Origin: Paramoeba atlantica
Lineage: Eukaryota; Protista; Discosea
Length of the DNA stretch: 34,167 nt
Reading direction: 5' to 3'
NCBI GenBank assembly: GCA_977017575.1
Contig: CDRNVI010000113.1
Span: 1-34,167 of the forward strand
A model generated the notes under the pieces. It was given only the letters and a program-made list of their open reading frames with translations. It made no database searches and was not told the origin of the DNA. The translations under genes were made by a program, and so were the position numbers. Shown piece by piece: positions 23,388-33,301 of the stretch. How positions within the stretch are numbered: the stretch's first letter is position 1; each line of letters starts with the position of its first letter.

Positions 23388-24920
23388 AATACTTGTATGT
23401 TTTATTCTGGCTTTGAGTAAATGCTAGTAGTTCGCTTAACACATGCTAGTCAATTAAAATTTAAAATTTAAAATTAATGGCGTAAGGGTGAGTAATATAT
23501 AAAAACGGGACTTATAATTATGTTTATATTATAAACTGGTTTATAAAGATTTAGGTAGTTGGAGGTGTAATAGACTAACAAGCCGATAATTCTTAGTTGA
23601 TCTTAGAAGGAGGTACAACCACATTGGGAATGAGAAAAGGCCCAAGTTCCATTAGGAGGCAGCAGTGAGGAATATTGAACAATGAGCGAAAGCTTGATTC
23701 AGCGAAACTACCTGAATTATGACAATTTATTGAAAAATTCTTGTTTAAGTGAGCATAATGAGGTTAAACTTAAGAATAAGCATCGACTAACTTCGTGCCA
23801 GCAGTCGCGGTGATACGGAGGATGCGGGTGTTACTCAGCATTACTGGGCGTAAAGCGTATGATAAGTGGTTTATTTTTTAATAATATAATTTTAAAGGCG
23901 TTATTAGTAATAATGAATAAATTATATATTAGTAAACTAAGAGTATTATTCAGATATATAGTATTCATAGAGGAAAGGTGAAATTTTATGATACTATGGA
24001 GACTATCAGAAGGTGAAAGCTATATATTAGATTTATACTGACACTAAAGTACGAAGGTATGGGTATCAAAGAGGATTAGAGACCCTTGTAGTCCATACAG
24101 ACAACGATGGATGCTAACTGTAGGAAATATTTTTGTGGTTTAGCTAACGCGTAAGCATCCCGCCTGGGGAGTATGATCGCAAGATTTGAACTCAAAGAAA
24201 GTGGCTGAGATTTGGTACGAACGGTGGAACATGTGGTTTAATCTGATATAACGCATAAAATCTTACCAATTCTAGATTGAAAAAAATTATAATAAATATA
24301 GTAAACTTTATATAATTTTTTTAAGCAGGTGTCGCATGGCTGTCGTCAGCTCGTGTAGTGATATGTATGGTTAGGTCCTGTAACGAGTGTAATCCTTACA
24401 ATATAATAAAATATATGATATATTATTATATTATTATATGTTATATTATTATATGTTATATTATTATATTTTATTATATTGTATTATTAATTATATATTA
24501 AATGAAATAGAGGAGGACGTCAAGTAGGTATGGCCCTGATGAATTGGGCTACACACGTGTTACAAAAATAATTACAAAAAAAAAATAAATTGTGAAATTT
24601 ATTTAAATTATAAAGATTATTATAGTTCGGATTATTTTTTGAAAATAAAAATATGAAGTTGAAATCGTCAGTAATCGAAAATTAGAATGTTTCGGTGAAA
24701 TGGGATCCAAATCTAGTACACACTGCCCGTCACGCCAAGAAAGTTGTTAATATTGGAAAAATTATAATTAATAATTTATATTTATTAATTATTTTTAATC
24801 TATTGGAGATAATTAATTTTTAATAAAATATTATTAATTATTTAATTTGAATGTATTGATAGTAATCAGGGTGAAGTCGTAACATGGTAGTGGTAGGGGA
24901 ACCTGCCGCTGGATGGAAAA
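23388..24920 (+). rRNA. rns: Mitochondrial small-subunit rRNA, ends approximate
   Basis: CTTAACACATGC, GGAGGCAGCAGTGAGGAATATTG, GTGCCAGCAG, CATGGCTGTCGTCAGCTCGTG, GGGCTACACACGTG and GAAGTCGTAACA; no anti-Shine-Dalgarno tail. Confidence 0.96.
24426..24470 (+). repeat. Three tandem copies of a 15-nt unit inside the SSU rRNA V7 region
   Basis: TTATATTATTATATG twice, then TTATATTATTATATT. Confidence 0.85.
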
Positions 24921-25043
24921 TAAATTTATATTTTTTTAAAGGTAAGCTTATCGAACCCCTTTAAAATATTATATATTAAATTATATTCTCGTAAAAATTT
25001 TTTATAAGAGTGTATAATTTATATTAATACAAATCATATTTTA

Positions 25044-25132
25044 GGTGAGTTGACCGAGTGGTTGAAGGTGTCGATCTGCTAAATCGATATATTATTCATA
25101 TAATATCATGGGTTCGAATCCCATACTTACCT
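25044..25132 (+). tRNA. trnS: tRNA-Ser(GCU)
   Basis: Arm TCGAT-CTGCTAA-ATCGA with a long variable arm; paired acceptor stem. Confidence 0.93.
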
Positions 25133-25165
25133 TATAAAAAAATAATTTGTAATTAAAAAAAGTTT

Positions 25166-25238
25166 TTGGGGGTAGCTCAGTAGGTAGAGCGAAAGCCTGA
25201 AAAGCTTTAGGTCATTGGTTCAAACCCAATTCTCCACA
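25166..25238 (+). tRNA. trnF: tRNA-Phe(GAA)
   Basis: Arm AAAGC-CTGAAAA-GCTTT; acceptor pair 1 mismatched (U:C). Confidence 0.93.
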
Positions 25239-25265
25239 TAAAACTTATATTAAATTTAATTATAT

Positions 25266-25934
25266 ATGGAATCATTAAAAAGAAAAAGAAAGAAAATTAA
25301 AAAAATAGAAAAAGTTTAAAAAAATAGAAAAATTAAGGAAAGAAATAATACAAATATGTTTGAAAAAAAAGAAAGTTTAATAAAAAATAGAAAAATTAAA
25401 TTAATAAAAATTAATAGATTTAAATTACCTGTTACTTGATTATATAAAAAAAGGTTTAATATAAAATTAAAAAGCAAGTATATATATGCAGCAAAATTAT
25501 CTTTTTTTAAAAAAAGATATTTATTTATTAATATACTAAAAAATTTTTTAAAAGGGTTCAAAATTAGATTGGTTATCTTTGAAATTTTGTACTATTAATT
25601 TAATATTAAAATTTAGAAAAAATACTTATTTAAATTTTTCGCATATTAATGGTAATGTAATAAAAAATTTTTCATGTGGTTTTTATTATAAAAAATCATT
25701 AAAAAAAACATATTTTGCTTTAAATTCATTAATTGTAGCTTCAAAAATTGATTTTAAATATTTATATATGAAAAAATGATTCATATTAAATATAATTTAT
25801 AAATATTATACTCGTAAAATTTTGAGAAATTTAAAAGAATTATTGAGACTACACCTTATAATTTAAAATTTATTAATTTTATAAAATCAAAAGCTCATAA
25901 TGGTATAAGAAAGAAAAAGAGAAGAAGAAAATAA
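25266..25934 (+). CDS. rps11: Ribosomal protein S11 with a long Lys-rich N-terminal region; frameshifted, start uncertain
   Basis: FRKNTYLNFSHINGNVIKNFSCG and the terminal KAHNGIRKKKRRRK* match the S11 core and its HNGCR tail. The pieces lie in different frames. Confidence 0.65.
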
Positions 25935-25937
25935 TAA

Positions 25938-26263
25938 ATGAAAAAGAAAAAAATTATAAATTATTTAGATAATTCTTTTTTAAGTTTTATTATCTATAGA
26001 ATATAAAAAAAAATTAAATAATAATATATCTATTGAATTAAAGTATTTTTATTGATTATATAAGAATGTATATATACGTAATATTAAAGGATTAATTATA
26101 AATTTTAATAAAAAACAATATTTAAATATGGAAAGTTTTTATAATATTATAGGTATAAAAATATACGATTAAATCAATTATATTTTGTTACTTCACCTTT
26201 TAATCTATTTTTAAAATATAAAATTAGTAATATTAAAAAATATAAATTATATATATTATAAAT
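25938..26263 (+). CDS. Divergent, frameshifted basic ORF, possibly ribosomal protein S19
   Basis: ATG 3 nt after rps11. YLDNSFLSFI and IKGLIINFNKKQYL...NIIGIKI weakly resemble S19 motifs. Ends approximate. Confidence 0.35.
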
Positions 26264-26273
26264 AAAAAAAAAT

Positions 26274-26867
26274 ATGTTATTAAAAAAAAATAGTAATAAT
26301 TATGCTGTAAATTATATATTAAATTTACTAATTAAATATATTTCGCATATAAAAATAACAGATGAATTTATTAAAATTAAATTAGTATCAAAAGATTATT
26401 TAGGTTTTGTTTTAAATATTTTTAATAAGCATACTTTTTTAAGATATAAGGTAATAACTGATATTTGCTGTAGTGATTTTATTGATAGAGCTAAACGTTT
26501 TGAAATTGATTATAATTTATTAAGTAATAGATTATAATTCTAGATTAATTATTTCTGTATCTTGTGATAAATTAGATGTTATAAGATCTATTACTGATAT
26601 TTATTTAGGTGCCGATTGGTTAGAACGTGAAGTTTGAGATATGTATGGTATTTTTTTTCATGGGTCATAAAGATTTAAGACGTATATTTAACCGATTATG
26701 GTTTTGAAGGTTATCCGTTTCGTAAAGATTTTCCTTTAAATGGTTATTTAGAAATAAGGTATGATGAAGATAAACAATATTTGATTTATGAGCCTATTGA
26801 ATTAATGCAAAATATGAGATCATATAGTTTTACTAATCCTTTATTAAATAAAAAATATATACTTTAA
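26274..26867 (+). CDS. nad9: NADH dehydrogenase subunit 9, with three apparent 1-nt insertions
   Basis: [36 protein letters not shown](L)[16 protein letters not shown]; TAA at 26865-26867. Confidence 0.93.
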
Positions 26868-26871
26868 AAAC

Positions 26872-28056
26872 GTGAATAAAATATTTAAAAAATAAAAACT
26901 TTTACAATTAATTTGGACCACAGCATCCAGCAGCTCATGGAGTTTTAAGATTAATATTAGAATTAAATGGTGAAATTATAGAAAAGAGCTGATCCTCATA
27001 TAGGATTATTACATAGAGGTACTGAAAAATTAATAGAATATAAGACTTTTATACAAGCTTTACCTTATTTTGATAGATTAGATTATGTATCTATGATGGC
27101 TCAAGAACATTGTTATTCATTAGCTGTAGAAACTTTAAGTTCTACTAATGTACCTATAAGAGCAAAGATGATACGTATGATTTTTGGTGAAATAACTAGA
27201 ATATTAAACAATATTTTAGGGTTAACTACACATGCGTTAGATGTTGGAGCGATGACACCTTTTTTATGACTTTTTGAAGAACGTGAAAAAATAATGGAAT
27301 TTTACGAAAGGGTATCAGGTGCTAGAATGCATGCAGCATATATAAGACCAGGAGGTATTAGTCAAGATATACCTATGTCTTTTTGTGATGATTTATATAA
27401 ATTTACACAAAATTTTATTAACTCTTTAATGGAAATGGAAGAATTATTAAATAGAAATAGAATATGAAAGCAACGTTTAGTTGATGTAGGTATATTAGAT
27501 TATAATCAAGCACAAACTTGAGGTTGTAGTGGAGTTATTTTAAGAGGATCTGGTATTCCTTGAGATATTAGAAAAAGTGAACCTTATGAATTATATAATG
27601 AAGTTGATTTTAAATCTTATATAGGAAATAAAGGTGATTGTTTTGATAGATTTTTAATTAGATTAAAAGAAATGCATGAGAGTTTAAAAATAATTTTACA
27701 ACTTTTAAATAATTTAAAAGAAGGTCCTATTTCAAATTACAATAATAAATTAACTATACCTTCAAGATCATTAATGAAGTTTTCTATGGAATCTTTAATA
27801 CATCATTTTAAATTATTTACAGAAGGTGTTAATATACCTTTTAATGATGTTTATAGATCTATAGAAGCTCCTAAAGGGGAATTTGGTGTTTTTTTAGTTT
27901 CGGGAGGATTAAATAGACCGGTAAGATGTAAGGATAAAAGCACCAGGGTTTAATCATTTACAATTATTAGATACATTATCAAAAGGACATATGATAGCCG
28001 ACGTTGTTACTATTATAGGTACTTTAGATATAGTTTTTGGGGAGGTTGATCGTTAA
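26872..28056 (+). CDS. nad7: NADH dehydrogenase subunit 7, GTG start, several 1-nt indels
   Basis: [62 protein letters not shown] and [12 protein letters not shown]. Confidence 0.96.
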
Positions 28057-28089
28057 TCAAATATTAATATAATATTAAATATTATATAT

Positions 28090-28543
28090 ATGCAAAAAAA
28101 ATTAAATCGATTTTTTAATTTAAGAATTAATTCTAGAGGTGCCGCTTTGAAAATTTAAATATAGGACCTAATTTAAGTCCTTATATGAATAGAGAGAAAA
28201 TCAAAGAATTTTGTAATGAATTTAATAAACAAACTTTTATATATAGATCGGAAGATTTATTAATATATGTTAGATTATTTTTATATACTGATAAATCATT
28301 TGTTTTTTTAATAAAAGGACCTTCTTTTAGTACTTTATTAAAATTGGTTTGAAATATTATGAGTTTAACTAATAAAAAATATTATGGAAAATTCAATTAC
28401 ATTAAGAAGTCTATATGATATTGTTATATGCGTAATTATTATTGATTTAAATATATAATAATTTAAATCAAAATTGAATAAAATTGCGATTTAAAAATAG
28501 TTTTTTTTCTATATCAAATTTACAAATTAATAAAATTATATAA
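28090..28543 (+). CDS. rpl11: Ribosomal protein L11, several indels
   Basis: IGPNL, KEFCNEFNKQT, YTDKSFVFLIKGPSFSTLLK and ITLRSLYDI. TAA at 28541-28543 gives an L11-like length. Confidence 0.75.
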
Positions 28544-28600
28544 AAAAATATGAATAATAATATTATAGCTTTTATGGTTGAATGGCTCATTAACCATAAT
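28544..28600. other. Junction between mitochondrial and bacterial sequence
   Basis: Abrupt change from extremely AT-rich code-4 organellar DNA to moderately AT-rich DNA with standard-code bacterial genes. Confidence 0.88.
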
Positions 28601-29684
28601 GTCATTGATTTATCTGCTATTGACGATAGAGATAATAATGCATTGCATATATTAGCTGAATGCCACGATTACCAACAGGATAACTATATAAAAAATAAAT
28701 TATCAGATATAGCTTTATTGTTACTTCAAAATTCAAGAGTAAACGTAAAAAAGAAATTTTACAAACAAAAACCAGTCAAATATCATTAATATTAGTATAC
28801 ACGCCCATATTACTCCATTACATACTGCTGTTAAAAATCGTTCACAAGGCTTAGCATCCATCCTGTTATCTCGCCCTGAAATAGATGTTAATCAAAGAAC
28901 TGGCTTTGATTACATGGCACTGCATATTGCCACATTAAATGGTGATCATAATATGGTGAATTTTTTACTTGCAAAAGGCGCTGAGGTAGACAGCCAAAAT
29001 CAATATAAATACGGACACGAAATTACTAGAGGGAAAACACCGTTGATGGTGGCTATAGTATCTAATGATCACAAGATGGTTGAATTATTACTCGAGAATG
29101 GCGCATCTACAAGCATGCAAGACAATACAGGAAGAAATGCACTATTTTATGCAATAGCAAGTGATTTCTGCTTAAAAGACCCAAATTAGCAAATTTAAAC
29201 GCATTAGAAATGGTAATAAAGAGCAAATTATGATGATAAACAAGTTAAAAACAGTAATAAACTAGATATAGTAACTTTGTTATTGAAACAACCTAATATT
29301 AGTATTAACTTACAAGATAATGATGGGAATACCCCATTAATGGATTTAATTAAAGCTATGTCGTATGAAATGACAGCAAATAACATAGTCATCTGCAAAC
29401 TATTACTCGAGCATGGAGCTGATGTAACAATCACAAATAAAGATGGTAAAACAGCACTATCCATGTTGAAATCACATAATGTCTCAGCAAAATGCACGCA
29501 GCAAAAAGAGCAGCTTCTCCAACTATTAGAACGAACTGAAAAACAAACCTTGGAAAAAACTGAATATCAGCAAAGTGTCATTGGTCAACTTAGTAATTCA
29601 CTTAGTAATCTATTTAGTAATAGTACCACGCTATCGTCTAACAAAAGTGGACCGTTATCTTTTATCTCACTATCACCACATTAA
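28550..29684 (+). CDS. Bacterial ankyrin-repeat protein, frameshifted into three ORFs, N-terminus probably missing
   Basis: Repeats DNNALHILAE, ITPLHTAV, MALHIATLNGDHNMVNFLLAKGAEVD, GKTPLMVAI...LLLENGAS, GRNALFYA, DGNTPLMDL...LLLEHGADV and DGKTAL. Confidence 0.9.
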
Positions 29685-29730
29685 TAATAGCAACACATTA
29701 GGGACTATTTACAATTCCGTTCTACAAGTC

Positions 29731-29761
29731 CATCATCCCGCGGTCAAGCTGTGGGATAACG
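29731..29761 (-). repeat. REP-like palindrome (CGTC-type family, CGTT variant)
   Basis: ATCCCGCGG-TCAAG-CTGTGGGAT stem-loop in the gap between convergent genes. The minus strand starts CGTTATCCCA. Confidence 0.7.
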
Positions 29762-29924
29762 AACCAGGAGGGAAATAGATAATTCAGTCTCTTTAAATTT
29801 CATAATGTTCATTGCAGTAAACCAATTCGTTTTAGCAAATTGTAAACAGCCTATAACAATTTATATTGTTTTCTTAACTCTTGAGTAATTAAGAGCTTAA
29901 AATAGCATGACTTTGAGTAAATAG

Positions 29925-30726
29925 TTATTCTTCATCCGATTTTGGTGACGCACTACTGCCTGCCAAAATACCTCCATCAATCGTTAATTCAATACCAGTT
30001 ATGTATTTCGATTCATCTGATCCTAAATACAGCACTGCATTAGCAACATCGATTGGTTCACCCATGTGACCTAATGGAATCCCGGCAGCAACATTAGCAA
30101 TAGCAGTCTCCCGGTTGTTAGGATCACCTAACATTGCATCCCAAATTGGAGTTAAGATTGCCCCCGGGTGCACTGAATTACACCGAATATGGTAACCGGC
30201 ATTCGCACAATATAAAGCAACTGATTTAGTATGATTACGCACGGCTGCTTTACTCGATGCATATGGCAGCAGCGCCTGGAATACCAACCAAACCAGAACG
30301 CGATGACATATTAATAATAGAGCCACCGTGTTGTTTCATTAAACTAATAGCATATTTACATCCTAAAAATACCCCGTCTAAATTCACTTGATGTACATAA
30401 TGCCATGCCTTTAAACTGGTATGCTCTGGATCTTGCAGACCTAAATTGTGATCAAAGCCGGTGATCCCAGCATTATTAAATACAATATCTAAGCGACCGT
30501 ATTGTTGCTTAATCGTCTGCATTACATCCTGCCAAGCTTGTTCATCAGTAACATCTAATCGATAAAACTGTGCACCAATGTCGTTAGCAGCTGCTTGACC
30601 TTCGTCGACTAAAATATCGGTGATAATGACAGTTGCACCTTCACGTGCAAATAACTCAGCTGTGGCTAAGCCAATGCCTCGACTGCCGCCGGTAATCAAT
30701 GTAACCTTGTCTTTAACCCGTGCCAT
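29925..30726 (-). CDS. Classical short-chain dehydrogenase/reductase (3alpha,20beta-HSD or cyclopentanol dehydrogenase-like), one frameshift
   Basis: TGGSRGIG, NNAG, NMSS, catalytic YASSK, IRCNSVHPG and ITGIELTIDGG; AAGGGG RBS upstream. Confidence 0.92.
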
Positions 30727-30762
30727 AAATCCCCTTACTTTACATCTTAAAATTACATTGAA

Positions 30763-33019
30763 TTAATCGATTATACTCACTGCTTCTACCCGTTGAAAAC
30801 CACGCGGTAGTTTGCTACCACGTTGGCCACGTTTACCATGATAATTGATTAAGTCTTTTGGTTTCAACGTTAGAGTACGTTTACCAGATTGAATCGCTAA
30901 ACTCTTTGTTTTATCCAATACCACGACATGCGCCATCAATTCATCGCGCTTGGCTGCACTGCTACTTGGAATATTCATGATCTTATTTCCTTTACCGCGC
31001 ACCAGCAAAGGTAACTCACTGGTTGCAAAGACTAACAAACGTCCTGTACTACTAATCGCTACAATCACTGTATTATCTAATTGGGTAACACTACATGGTG
31101 TTAGTGCTAATGTATTTGTCGGTGGCTTTAACACCGCCTTACCATTACGGTTTTTAGTGTGTAATTCACTTAACTGAGTCATGAATCCATAGCCTGCGTC
31201 TGATGCTAATAATGCGTAATGTTCTACTTCTCCAGATAATACCACCGATAAATTCAGCACCTTCTGCTAACTTGACGCGCCCAGTTAATGGCTCTCCTTG
31301 GCTACGCGCCGACGGCAAGCTGTGGGCAAGTATACTATAACTACGCCCACTGGTATCAATAAACAATGCTGCCTTGATTACTACGCCCTTTAGCGCTGGT
31401 TAAGAACCCATCACCGGCTCTATAACTTAATGTATTCGGATCAATATCGTGACCTTTGGCAGCACGCACCCAGCCTTTTTTAGATAGCACAATGGTGACT
31501 GCTTCATTGGGTAAGACATCTTGTTCACGTAATGCTTGCGGCTTGTCCACGTTCAACTAATGGCGAACGACGCTGATCACCATATTCTTTTACATCACTG
31601 GTGAGTTCTTTACGGATTAGGGTTTTTAAGCGACCTTCTGAACTAAGCGTTTGAGTTAAACTGTCACGTTCATCGGCCAGCTCACTTTGTTCACCTTTGA
31701 TCTTAATCTCTTCTAAACGAGCCAAATGGCGCAACTTTAAGTCTAAAATGGCTTCTGCCTGTAATTCAGATAATTTAAACCGTTTAATCAATTCAACCTT
31801 TGGTTTATCGGCCTCACGAATCAATTGGATCACTTCATCTATATTCAGGTACGCGATCAATAACCCATCTAAAATATGTAATCGTGCTTCTACCTTTTCC
31901 AAACGATATTGTAAGCGACGTTTTACTGTTTGTTTACGAAATGATAACCACTCTTTTAAAAATTCCAATAAACTAAAAACTTTGGGACGACCATCTAAGC
32001 CAATCATATTCAGATTAACGCGATAACTACGTTCTAAATCGGTTGGCAAACAAGTGCGCCATCAATTTATCTGCATCTACCTGTTAGACTTTAACGTAAT
32101 TAACAAACGGGTCGGATTTTCGTGATCAGACTCATCACGTTAAATCCGTTACCATTGGCAATTTCTTTGCACGCATTTGTTGCGCGATTTGTTCTAATAC
32201 TTTGGCACCAGAGACTTGATAAGGTAGGCGGTAATCACAATGTCGCTCTTTTCTTTGCTGTACACAGCACGTAACCGTACACTGCCATTTCCAGTGCGAT
32301 ACATTGTCATGATCTCTTGATGTGGTGTAATGATTTCAGCTGCGGTTGGAAAATCAGGACCTTTAATATGCTGACAAATATCGTCTAACGTTGCCCGCGG
32401 CGATTCTAATAAGTGAATACACGCACTGACTACTTCATTAATATGATGTGGTGGATGTCGGTTGCCATACCAACTGCCAATCCCAGTGGCACCTATTTAA
32501 TAATGCATTCGGTAAACGTGCTGGCAAATTAACTGGCTCTTGTAATGTTCCATCAAAGTTAGCTTGCCAATCAACCGTCACCCTGTCCTAATTCAGCTAA
32601 TAGTGTTTGCGCATACTTAGCTAAACGTGCTTCGGTATAACGCATTGCAGCAAATGATTTTGGATCGTCTGTTGAACCCCAGTTACCTTGACCATCTACT
32701 AATGGATAACGATAAGAAAATGCTTGTGCCATGTGCACCATCGCTTCATAACAGGCTGCATCACCGTGCGGATGGTATTTACTAATACATCCCCGATAGT
32801 GCGTGCAGACTTTTTGTATTTAGCACTGGCTTTTAAGCCTAATTCTGACATCGCATAAACGATGCGCCGTTGTACTGGTTTTAAACCATCACCTAAATGT
32901 GGTAAGGCACGATCTAAAATGACGTACATTGAATAATCGAGATAAGCTTTTTCAGTAAACACATGCAGCGGTGTTTGTTCAATGCCATCGGCATTAAATG
33001 TATTGGTGGTAATTGTCAT
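30763..33019 (-). CDS. parC: DNA topoisomerase IV subunit A, multiple frameshifts
   Basis: [78 protein letters not shown] and [12 protein letters not shown], in gammaproteobacterial ParC form. Confidence 0.96.
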
Positions 33020-33134
33020 AAACGTCAGATCCTCAGTAGATTAATTGCATTGTAACGCCATATTTAATTTTATCTAACAGGCCAAAATAAGTTTGCTTTC
33101 AAAAACACCTTAATAAAACCTTTGCATGTCGAGG

Positions 33135-33172
33135 CGTTATCCCAGAAGCCGTGGAACGGCTATCTGGGATCC
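33135..33172 (+). repeat. REP-like palindrome (CGTC-type family, CGTT variant)
   Basis: CGTT-ATCCCAGA-AGCCGT-GGA-ACGGCT-A-TCTGGGAT-CC, a 14-bp stem with one bulge, between divergent parC and fumC. Confidence 0.75.
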
Positions 33173-33289
33173 GAATAACCAATTAGTCATGCTATTGTAA
33201 TTAACATTAATCCTATCAGCAATATACGCTCTTCGTGTTTTAACTTGATTTCCCCCCAAAAAACACCGTATGATTAGCCCGCAGTTAAC

Positions 33290-33295
33290 GAGGGA
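33290..33295 (+). promoter_or_regulatory. Shine-Dalgarno site for fumC
   Basis: GAGGGA 6 nt upstream of the ATG at 33302. Confidence 0.65.
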
Positions 33296-33301
33296 TACAC
33301 T

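Noticed and set aside
24925-25043. Possible 5S rRNA directly after rns
   Set aside because: Position and size fit, but I could not find a convincing terminal helix or loop C motif.
25316-25561. Minus-strand hydrophobic 81-aa ORF
   Set aside because: It is the Phe/Leu-rich mirror of an A-rich + strand region, and no other mitochondrial gene here is on the minus strand.
29873-29900. Possible bidirectional terminator CTCTTGA-GTAA-TTAAGAG
   Set aside because: A weak AT-rich stem without a clear U-tract; not enough support.
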